Below, piece by piece: positions 26,913-34,579 of a stretch of DNA of 64,000 nt. The DNA is from Prochlorococcus sp. AG-347-L02 (GTDB taxonomy: Bacteria; Cyanobacteriota; Cyanobacteriia; PCC-6307; Cyanobiaceae). A model generated the notes under the pieces. It saw only the letters and a program-made list of their open reading frames with translations. It was not told the DNA's origin and searched no databases. Position numbers and translations under genes: made by a program. Where the stretch lies: contig QCCL01000007.1 of the NCBI GenBank assembly GCA_003281255.1, positions 648 through 64,647 on the forward strand, given 5' to 3'. The stretch's first letter is position 1, and each line of letters begins with the position of its first letter.

Positions 26913-27088
26913 AATGTTCTGTCAATCGATTTTGACCATTCCTTATGCTTATAATCTAGATCTGAGATTAGTTGTTTTTGATAAGTAAACTTGAGTTGAT
27001 TTTCGTTAAGTGATTTTTTTGTGATAATCATTTCTTTAGAGAAAAAATCAGGAGTATTAGAACTATTAAATTTTTTTTTGACTTCCAT
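26909..27088 (-). CDS. 59-aa hydrophilic mini-ORF
   Basis: Read by hand: MEVKKKFNSSNTPDFFSKEMIITKKSLNENQLKFTYQKQLISDLDYKHKEWSKSIDRTF. Confidence 0.3.
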   Translation of the reverse strand: MEVKKKFNSSNTPDFFSKEMIITKKSLNENQLKFTYQKQLISDLDYKHKEWSKSIDRTF

Positions 27089-27250
27089 ACAAGTAATTTA
27101 TCTATTTTTTTTTATATGACTCAAAAGAATATAGTCTTTATATTTTTATATTTTTTTTTATTTCCTTAATATGTATTTTTAGCACGTTTGTTAAAAATAT
27201 TAGTTTATCAAATAAAAAAGGCTATATTTAAACAAAATATATGTTTTATT

Positions 27251-27424
27251 ATGAATCTTAAGGAGAGGGGGATTACTGTTGGAGATCTACTAATTATACT
27301 AATAATAATAATCACTTCTACAATATTAATTAAATCATTTAGCAAGGATAAGAAAACAACACATAATTATAGTAATCAAGAGCAAGTTACTCATAAGAAA
27401 AATTATTATCAAAAATTAATTTGA
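27251..27424 (+). CDS. 57-aa single-TM mini-ORF
   Basis: Internal ATG of track ORF 27188..27424: MNLKERGITVGDLLIILIIIITSTILIKSFSKDKK... Confidence 0.35.
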   Translation: MNLKERGITVGDLLIILIIIITSTILIKSFSKDKKTTHNYSNQEQVTHKKNYYQKLI

Positions 27425-27534
27425 TTAGCTTACTTAAATTATTTATAAAACTCTTAATTAATTCATTTAAATATTATTTATCTCTTATATAAATTTTAAG
27501 AATTCATAATAATCAAACAAAGTGTTTATTTATT

Positions 27535-27738
27535 TTAAATATTTTGATGAAATGATTTAAAACTTTCCCATTTCAAATTATCCTTTAAATCATTGAAATC
27601 ATTTGATATTGATACTAAATTGACCATTTGAAGAATTTGAGTTTTATTTAGCCTATTTATAGCAATAAGCTTATTAAGCATTTCTAAAACAGATTTATCA
27701 TTAATATTCATTGTTTGTATAAAAATATGATTCTTCAA
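27535..27738 (-). CDS. 67-aa hypothetical protein
   Basis: Track ORF, helical-looking, no family recognised. The direct repeats CTTATAGTTT x2 lie just upstream. Confidence 0.4.
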   Translation of the reverse strand: MKNHIFIQTMNINDKSVLEMLNKLIAINRLNKTQILQMVNLVSISNDFNDLKDNLKWESFKSFHQNI

Positions 27739-27903
27739 TACCTATACCTTATCTTATAGTTTTAAAATTTACCTTATAGTTTCATAGTATATATTGACAA
27801 AAATAATAAACATCTTAAAAATTATCAAAAATAAAATTCTTACTGATAAGTAAAAATCTTTAACTCACTTTCTTATAAATTCGTTTATTGTAAAAAGAAA
27901 AAA

Positions 27904-28074
27904 ATGAAAAAAGACTCCAAGAAAGAATACCTAAATAGAGATGAAGTTAATGAAATGATTGAATCCGCTTTAAGGAGACACAATAGAAGATCTACAATTA
28001 TATCAAGTGTACTTGGATGGATCCTAATAGGAGGTTATTCATTTGGACTATTTCAAGCAGTTCAAAATGTCTAA
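27904..28074 (+). CDS. 56-aa tail-anchored mini-ORF
   Basis: Read by hand: MKKDSKKEYLNRDEVNEMIESALRRHNRRSTIISSVLGWILIGGYSFGLFQAVQNV. Confidence 0.35.
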   Translation: MKKDSKKEYLNRDEVNEMIESALRRHNRRSTIISSVLGWILIGGYSFGLFQAVQNV

Positions 28075-28137
28075 TTAATCTTTTCTTTAAAGTTGAACTT
28101 GCTAGATGATAAATTAATATAATACTGAGTATTTATT

Positions 28138-28359
28138 ATGAGGGAATATATTGAGGCAAATCTTACAGTGATAAGAAAATATTTAAAAAAACGAGGAAAA
28201 TATACATCAAAATTAAATAATGCTTCGATAATGGAAGAATTCAAAGAATGGAGCAAAGATCCATTACCTGAGACAGAATCAATTTGGACTTTACCCGACT
28301 TAACGAGAAATGAAAGACTAAAAAATTTTTGTCGCTCAATTAAAAAGGAAATAAGATAA
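28138..28359 (+). CDS. 73-aa basic hypothetical protein
   Basis: Track ORF. No family recognised. Confidence 0.4.
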   Translation: MREYIEANLTVIRKYLKKRGKYTSKLNNASIMEEFKEWSKDPLPETESIWTLPDLTRNERLKNFCRSIKKEIR

Positions 28360-28363
28360 GTTT

Positions 28364-28522
28364 TTAACTACCTAGGTGTATATGATTTACCTTTAAGTAA
28401 AAATAACCCGCAAATCCAACCATATTCAAAATTAAAACGAAAATCCAAGCTCCAATTGGCTGATTAGAATCAAATTTTTTTATTTTAACTTTTTCCTTTA
28501 GTCTTTCAATATATTTAGCCAT
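28364..28522 (-). CDS. 52-aa single-TM mini-ORF
   Basis: Read by hand: MAKYIERLKEKVKIKKFDSNQPIGAWIFVLILNMVGFAGYFYLKVNHIHLGS. Confidence 0.3.
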   Translation of the reverse strand: MAKYIERLKEKVKIKKFDSNQPIGAWIFVLILNMVGFAGYFYLKVNHIHLGS

Positions 28523-28742
28523 AATTAAAAATATTAAAAAGAATATTTACAATTATAGAGAGTTGAATTTAAAGGAATCTTAAATAAAATAAAATTTCTT
28601 TTAATTCGAATTTTTATTGTCAAGCCTGTTAATGGGATATTTAATTAACTCTTTTTTGAGGTTTTTTAAAAGTTTATTGTGATTCAAAATTGTAAATTTC
28701 CTTGTAAAGGAATAATGCCATTTCATTGAATTAAAAAAAAAC

Positions 28743-28772
28743 TTGCTAATTCATTATTAATAAAATTATAAT
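28743..28772 (+). promoter_or_regulatory. Sigma70-like promoter candidate for the peroxiredoxin gene
   Basis: TTGCTA (28743-28748), 18-nt spacer, TATAAT (28767-28772), about 54 nt upstream of the ATG at 28826. Confidence 0.35.
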
Positions 28773-28825
28773 ACTAGTTACGGTCATTCAGACCATATAT
28801 AAATTAAAAAAGGACAAATTTTTTC

Positions 28826-29410
28826 ATGAGCTTAAGAGTTGGCCAAGAAGCACCAGACTTTAGTGCTACCGCAGTATATGATCAAGAGTTTAAGGAGATT
28901 ACACTTTCAGGTCTAAGAGGTAAATGGGTTGTTTTATTCTTTTACCCACTAGATTTTACATTTGTATGTCCAACTGAAATCACTGCATTTAGTGATAGAT
29001 ACCAAGATTTCTCAGCTCTTAATACTGAAATACTTGGGGTATCAGTTGATAGCAAACACTGTCATTTGGCTTGGATACAAACCCCAAGAAATGAAGGCGG
29101 AATAGGTGATATTAACTACCCGTTAGTTTCTGACTTAAAAAGAGAGATTTGCCAGGCGTACAATGTTCTTAATGATGATGGAGAGGCCGATAGAGGTCTA
29201 TTTCTTATCAATCCCGAAGGAGTAGTTATGCATACGACTGTTAACAAGGCTCCTGTAGGTAGAAATGTTGATGAAACGCTAAGGATTCTTCAAGGTTATC
29301 AATACGTTGCGGCAAACCCAGATGAAGTATGTCCAGCAAACTGGACTCCCGGGGAGAAAACAATGTTAGAGGACCCCAAAGGTAGTAAGGAATATTTTTC
29401 TGCGTTATAA
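28826..29410 (+). CDS. Typical 2-Cys peroxiredoxin (thioredoxin peroxidase)
   Basis: 194 aa. [15 protein letters not shown] (peroxidatic Cys) and EVCPANW (resolving Cys). Confidence 0.95.
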   Translation: MSLRVGQEAPDFSATAVYDQEFKEITLSGLRGKWVVLFFYPLDFTFVCPTEITAFSDRYQDFSALNTEILGVSVDSKHCHLAWIQTPRNEGGIGDINYPLVSDLKREICQAYNVLNDDGEADRGLFLINPEGVVMHTTVNKAPVGRNVDETLRILQGYQYVAANPDEVCPANWTPGEKTMLEDPKGSKEYFSAL

Positions 29411-29425
29411 AAGGATTAAAAACAT

Positions 29426-30178
29426 TTAAGTAAGTATTGAGTAGTAAATAATTATAAAAAAATAAAAAATAAATATATTCAAAAAGGGGATAATATCCAC
29501 TTTTTGAGGTTTGGGCACGATCCAATCGCTTAAATTAGTTTTATATGATATGAAGGACCACGTATAAAAAGAAATTTCTATGGCGACTAGGAAAAAAAGA
29601 TTAATTAAATTTAAGTCATTTAAACCAAAATATCTATAAATATGAAACTGATCATCAACACTAAGATTGTTAATTTGAAAATGCCAAAGATAGAGAGAAA
29701 TCAAAATAAAATTTACCAATATTATTTTTTTTAACAGAAACCTAGATTTCTTAAAAATTAATAAGATAGAAATTAAATATATGAAAAAACTTATCTGTGG
29801 AATATCCAGTTTTGGTACATTAATTTCTTCAAGAAATAAATTTAATATAAGATCAAAATTTATGTATATATAATCAGTTATTAAGAAAGAGAGAAATATT
29901 AAATTTACTGCTACTAAGAATAATAATCTTTTTCCCTTAATTATTTTTATACTATGGATTTTATCCGTATCAAAATTATAGTATGTATAGTTTTTTAAAG
30001 AGTTAAAACACACTAGAGATGGACATATTGCACCGCTCAAATAGTAAAGGATTGAATAAAAGGAAATATCTTTAATATTGAGTGAATACAAATTAAACCA
30101 TTGTTTTTGTACAAATGGAAGAATAAGTAAAAATGAAAGTGTAGCTAGTAACTTAGTTGTATTGTTTTTAATTATCAA
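29426..30178 (-). CDS. Polytopic membrane protein, unknown function
   Basis: 250 aa, about 7 hydrophobic segments, very AT-biased composition. No family recognised. Confidence 0.55.
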   Translation of the reverse strand: MIIKNNTTKLLATLSFLLILPFVQKQWFNLYSLNIKDISFYSILYYLSGAICPSLVCFNSLKNYTYYNFDTDKIHSIKIIKGKRLLFLVAVNLIFLSFLITDYIYINFDLILNLFLEEINVPKLDIPQISFFIYLISILLIFKKSRFLLKKIILVNFILISLYLWHFQINNLSVDDQFHIYRYFGLNDLNLINLFFLVAIEISFYTWSFISYKTNLSDWIVPKPQKVDIIPFLNIFIFYFFIIIYYSILT

Positions 30179-30210
30179 GAAAATATTTTTTTTAATTTAA
30201 AACAATTAAA

Positions 30211-31965
30211 TCAAACTTTCAACAATTTAGAAGTTGTTAATTTAAAAACTTTTTTATCTATAGTTTCTTGATTTAAAAGTATATCAACTAATTTATCTAG
30301 TAGGATTCTATTTTTTTTCAATATTTTTATTGAATTATTTAGTGAAATTTTAGAAATATTTATGATTTCATTATCTATTCTAGAACTAGTATTTTCTGCT
30401 ATGAGAGGCTTTCTTCTAAATAATCCATCTCCTAAATACATTTCATTATTATCAGAATCCATCGAAATTGGACCAATAATTGAAAATCCATATTTTGTAA
30501 CCATTTCCCTTACGATATTTGTCGCATAAGAGATATCATTTAAGGAGCATTGTGTAATTTCACCTTCACCAAAAACTATCGTTTCTGCTGCTCTTCCAGC
30601 TAGAGCAATTTCGATTTTTGAAAATAATAATTTTTTTGAAATCAAGCCACTAGAAATTACATCTTCGTCAGGGCATATTTTTGTATATCCTCCTAAAGAT
30701 CCAGATCTAGGTAAGATCGTAATTTTATCAACTGATTCAATTCCATTTCTCACAGCAGATACAATCGCTCTGCCAACCTCATTATAAGCAATAATTTTTT
30801 TCATATTTGGAGAAGTTATTAATGAACTTCTCAGGCCGATAGTGATTTTATCAAGAGCATTTTCTATATGAAGATCACTGATTAATTTAGATTCATCTCT
30901 AGCACAGTGAATAGCACTCTCGTTCATCAAATTTGCAAGATCTGCCCCCGAAAATCCAACTGTTCTAGAAGCCCAATATCCTAAGTCAACTTCACTTGAA
31001 AGTGGTTTGGAAAGTGAGTGAACCGAAAGAATTTTTTTTCTTCCATCTAAATCTGGAAGCATTACTTCAATTTTTCTATCAAATCTACCTGGTCTTAATA
31101 ATGCTGCATCCAAAATATCTGGTCTATTTGTTGCTGCTAAAACAATAATCCCAGAATTATCAGCAAAACCATCTAATTCAGTTAGAAGTTGATTAAGGGT
31201 TTGTTCTCTTTCATCATTACCACCTCCGATCCCAGACCCTCTTTGTCTACCAATGGAATCAATTTCATCAATAAAAATTATACAAGGAGATTTTTCCTTA
31301 GCCTTAGAGAATAGATCACGGACTCGGCTTGCACCAACACCAACAAAAAGTTCTACAAACTCTGATGCCGATATTGAGAGAAAAGGCACTCCTGATTCAC
31401 CAGCAATTGCTTTAGCTAATAATGTTTTACCTGTTCCTGGTGGGCCTATTAGAAGAACTCCCTTAGGAACTTTTGCTCCAAGATTTTCAAATTTCTTTGG
31501 TTCTTTCAAAAATGTTATTACCTCTTTTAATTCCTCAGCGGCTTCAGGGACGCCAGCTACATCATCGAATCTCGTTTCTACATCATCAATAGTTACAAAT
31601 TTAGCTTGATTTTTGGTAAAACCAAAGGCTCTGGAAGCCAACTTTGATGTACTCCTCAAGATTAAGACTATAGCTAATATTAAAATCAAGAAAAAACTTA
31701 TTGAAGCAAATGAATTAGCAGCTGAGACTTCTTTTCTACTATTGTTAATAGTGAGATCTACCTTATTTTCAGTAGCCTTCTCTAGGATTAATTGATCGTT
31801 GTAAAGTATGGGTATTTTAAATTTATCGCCATTTTTATACAGAACATCAATTTCTCTCTGCCTAGGATAGAAAAATATTGATTCTATTTTCCCCGTCTCT
31901 ATATCTTCTAGAAGATCCGAATAACTTGATTTGGAATCTGAATATGAGAATTTTGATCTAAACAC
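30211..31965 (-). CDS. FtsH-like AAA+ protein with substituted zinc-protease motif (NEVGR for HEXXH)
   Basis: 584 aa. Walker A GPPGTGKT, Walker B IIFIDEID and [23 protein letters not shown] are intact. The M41 domain is alignable, but the HEXXH position reads NEVGR. GTG start lies 3 codons after an in-frame TAA. Only one TM helix. Confidence 0.9.
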   Translation of the reverse strand: MFRSKFSYSDSKSSYSDLLEDIETGKIESIFFYPRQREIDVLYKNGDKFKIPILYNDQLILEKATENKVDLTINNSRKEVSAANSFASISFFLILILAIVLILRSTSKLASRAFGFTKNQAKFVTIDDVETRFDDVAGVPEAAEELKEVITFLKEPKKFENLGAKVPKGVLLIGPPGTGKTLLAKAIAGESGVPFLSISASEFVELFVGVGASRVRDLFSKAKEKSPCIIFIDEIDSIGRQRGSGIGGGNDEREQTLNQLLTELDGFADNSGIIVLAATNRPDILDAALLRPGRFDRKIEVMLPDLDGRKKILSVHSLSKPLSSEVDLGYWASRTVGFSGADLANLMNESAIHCARDESKLISDLHIENALDKITIGLRSSLITSPNMKKIIAYNEVGRAIVSAVRNGIESVDKITILPRSGSLGGYTKICPDEDVISSGLISKKLLFSKIEIALAGRAAETIVFGEGEITQCSLNDISYATNIVREMVTKYGFSIIGPISMDSDNNEMYLGDGLFRRKPLIAENTSSRIDNEIINISKISLNNSIKILKKNRILLDKLVDILLNQETIDKKVFKLTTSKLLKV

Positions 31966-32097
31966 TAATCTTTATAAGTGATTAATAAAGCATATAAGCT
32001 TATTTAAAAAATTGACGTATATAAACAAAATATACTCAAAAGTTTTGGAGATAACCACTTAAAGGTTATATTAATATATGGAAATAAAAAAAACATA

Positions 32098-32271
32098 ATG
32101 GCTGTACCAAAGAAGAAAAAATCAAAGAGCAAAAGGAACCAAAGGCACGCTGTCTGGAAAGGGAAAGCTGCAATAGCAGCTCAGAAAGCAATATCTTTAG
32201 GTAAATCAGTTTTAACTGGGAAAGCTCAAGGATTTGTTTATCCTATTGAAGAAGAAGAAGAAGAAGAATAA
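32098..32271 (+). CDS. rpmF: 50S ribosomal protein L32
   Basis: Read by hand (57 aa, below track cutoff): [57 protein letters not shown]. Confidence 0.85.
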   Translation: MAVPKKKKSKSKRNQRHAVWKGKAAIAAQKAISLGKSVLTGKAQGFVYPIEEEEEEE

Positions 32272-32274
32272 CTT

Positions 32275-32601
32275 TTAAGATCCTAATTTAAATGCCTCAA
32301 GTATAACGGCATAAATTGCACCAATTCTCAATTTATCAACTACCGTCCATAGATAAAAAAACTTTGAACTTGGAGTAGGTTTAATCCTTATAATAATTTC
32401 AATAAAAACAATAATTATTGGGACCATAATCAACTCATTTTTACCTTCAGATATAAATTTTGTAAGGAAATTTGCGAACAAAAAATAGCCTGTCAAAACA
32501 GAAATTAGACCAATAGATTTTGTCTTCCAAGTATCACTTAGAAAACCAAAAAATAAATTATTTAACTGGTAGGTAATTCTTGAAAAATTAGTTTTTTGCA
32601 T
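32275..32601 (-). CDS. Small membrane protein, Ycf20/DUF565-like
   Basis: 108 aa, 2-3 TM helices. The N-terminal TRITYQLNNLFFGFL...SIGLISVLTGYFLF pattern resembles Ycf20 from memory. Confidence 0.45.
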   Translation of the reverse strand: MQKTNFSRITYQLNNLFFGFLSDTWKTKSIGLISVLTGYFLFANFLTKFISEGKNELIMVPIIIVFIEIIIRIKPTPSSKFFYLWTVVDKLRIGAIYAVILEAFKLGS

Positions 32602-33352
32602 TATTAAAAGACACTAAATAATCACTTAGAAAGCTATAGTCAACATATGATTTTTTTAGTTTAGGGCCTTTAATTACATTTGCCACATTATTCTCATCAC
32701 CAAGACTGTCTAAAATACAATCTAATTTAATATTTTCCTCAAGAACAATTGGGATATTTGAAGGCACAAAAATTGTAGGCAAGTTAGCAGCCAAGGAAGA
32801 TTTCAATCCTGGATTGGAATCCTCAAAAACAATCGAGTTGTTTTTGTTTATACCACTTAATTGGATTGCCTTTAAATATGGTAATGGATTTGGTTTCTTT
32901 AATTCAACGTCTTCACTTGAAATAATGAACTCAAAAGGGGTGAAGCCATTAAAAAGATATTCGACAAGTAGATTGACTTGATTTCTTGAACTTGAGGTAA
33001 CAATAAATTGTCTTACTTTTTTTTTATATAATTCATTTATTAATCTAAAAACACCCGTTTTGAAACTAACACAATTTTTTTTTAAAATTTCTAAATAGTG
33101 AAACTGCTTTGTTTCATGAATTTTGAGAATTAAATCTTCTGAGAAATTATCATTATTCAATTGTGCGTAATAAGCAATCCTATTTTTGCCCCCATTTATC
33201 TTCAAAAGTTCTATGTATTTATTAGTGTCCCAATTCCAATTAATACCAAGGTCATTAAAAGCATTATTAAAAGCAGGTAAATGAGCCTCTAATTCAGTAT
33301 TTGCGATGGTACCATCTAAATCCCAATAAACACCCTCCAGAAAAGTCACCAA
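32588..33352 (-). CDS. HAD-superfamily phosphatase (CbbY-like)
   Basis: 254 aa. Motif I VYWDLDGTIANTE, motif II VTSS, motif III/IV KPNPLPY...FEDSNPG. Confidence 0.75.
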   Translation of the reverse strand: MVTFLEGVYWDLDGTIANTELEAHLPAFNNAFNDLGINWNWDTNKYIELLKINGGKNRIAYYAQLNNDNFSEDLILKIHETKQFHYLEILKKNCVSFKTGVFRLINELYKKKVRQFIVTSSSRNQVNLLVEYLFNGFTPFEFIISSEDVELKKPNPLPYLKAIQLSGINKNNSIVFEDSNPGLKSSLAANLPTIFVPSNIPIVLEENIKLDCILDSLGDENNVANVIKGPKLKKSYVDYSFLSDYLVSFNNAKN

Positions 33353-33364
33353 AAAGAAATTCTC

Positions 33365-33442
33365 TTATTTGCGGTAAAATACAAGAGCAATTATTGCTGG
33401 TCCAGCTAACGCAACTACAGCCAAAGGAATAAGTGTTGCCAT
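33365..33442 (-). CDS. 25-aa single-TM peptide, possibly Psb30/Ycf12
   Basis: Read by hand: MATLIPLAVVALAGPAIIALVFYRK. The AGPxII segment recalls Psb30. The assignment is tentative. Confidence 0.4.
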   Translation of the reverse strand: MATLIPLAVVALAGPAIIALVFYRK

Positions 33443-33524
33443 GATTAATGAATATGTTTTGTGATACTATTTTTACAAATAAATGACGAAACTGTACCGA
33501 TACGTTACAAGATTGAATTAAATT

Positions 33525-33872
33525 ATGAAATCATGGACATGTATAGAAAATTGCGGAGCTTGTTGTAAATTCGACTTGAAGGAAAGAAGCGATTTGGATG
33601 ACAAACTTAATAATGAAGATATCGCACTGATACACTCAATGACTGCTAAAGACGGTTGGTGTAAAAACCTGGACAAAGAAAATAAAAAATGCTTAATTTA
33701 TGAAGACAGACCACATTTTTGCCGGGTAAATGAATTTTCAACATCATTTAAAGGATATTTAAAATCCGGTGATAAATTTCTAATAGATTGCTGCAAACAA
33801 CATATTTCATCAAATTATGGATACCAAAGTAAAGAGATGAAAACTTTTAAAATTGCTGTTTCAGGAAAATGA
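33525..33872 (+). CDS. YkgJ-family Cys-cluster (putative Fe-S/zinc) protein
   Basis: 115 aa. CIENCGACCKF...WCKNLD...KCLIYEDRPHFCRV. Confidence 0.65.
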   Translation: MKSWTCIENCGACCKFDLKERSDLDDKLNNEDIALIHSMTAKDGWCKNLDKENKKCLIYEDRPHFCRVNEFSTSFKGYLKSGDKFLIDCCKQHISSNYGYQSKEMKTFKIAVSGK

Positions 33873-34195
33873 ATAGTAAATTAGAAGAAAAGGAAAAAAA
33901 TTTAGAAAAAAGTTTTTTATCAATATTTATAACAACTTTTACAACAATTTTTATTGCTGAACTTGGCGATAAAACTCAAATAGCAACATTAATGCTTTCT
34001 GCTGAATCGGGCAAACCAATAATTGTTTTTCTTGGAAGTTCTCTAGCTTTAATAAGCTCAAGCATAGTTGGAGTTCTTATTGGTAAATGGGTATCAAAGA
34101 AAATATCTCCAAGCAAATTTGCTTTATTTACTGGTGCTTTAATGATATTAATAAGTATATTCTTAGCTTATGAAACATTCAAAAATTATTTATAA
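33869..34195 (+). CDS. UPF0016 (GDT1/TMEM165) half-transporter, first half
   Basis: 108 aa, 3 TM helices, signature ELGDKTQIATL. Confidence 0.8.
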   Translation: MNSKLEEKEKNLEKSFLSIFITTFTTIFIAELGDKTQIATLMLSAESGKPIIVFLGSSLALISSSIVGVLIGKWVSKKISPSKFALFTGALMILISIFLAYETFKNYL

Positions 34196-34507
34196 ATGAT
34201 TTTAAGTTTATTACTATCAACATTTATAACCGTTTTTATAGCTGAATTAGGTGACAAAACTCAACTAGCTACATTAACTATAAGCGGCACTTCAAATAAA
34301 CCATTAGCAGTTTTTCTAGGATCATCTTCAGCACTTGTTTTTGCAAGCTTACTAGGAGCTTTAACAGGTGGCTCTATTTCAAGTTTTCTACCGGAAGTAG
34401 TTCTTAAGTCAATAGCCTCAATTACATTTTTTATCATTGGTATAAAGCTTTTTATCAACTCTTTTTCTATCGAAAAAGAAGAAAAAAAAGAGAAAGAAAA
34501 TATTTAG
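34196..34507 (+). CDS. UPF0016 (GDT1/TMEM165) half-transporter, second half
   Basis: 103 aa, 3 TM helices, signature ELGDKTQLATL. The ATG directly abuts the TAA of the first half. Confidence 0.8.
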   Translation: MILSLLLSTFITVFIAELGDKTQLATLTISGTSNKPLAVFLGSSSALVFASLLGALTGGSISSFLPEVVLKSIASITFFIIGIKLFINSFSIEKEEKKEKENI

Positions 34508-34579
34508 TTTTAAGCTTGGATAATAAGGTGTAATAATGAAGTGTATACCTCTAAATTAATTTATAATTTTTTTTAGATC

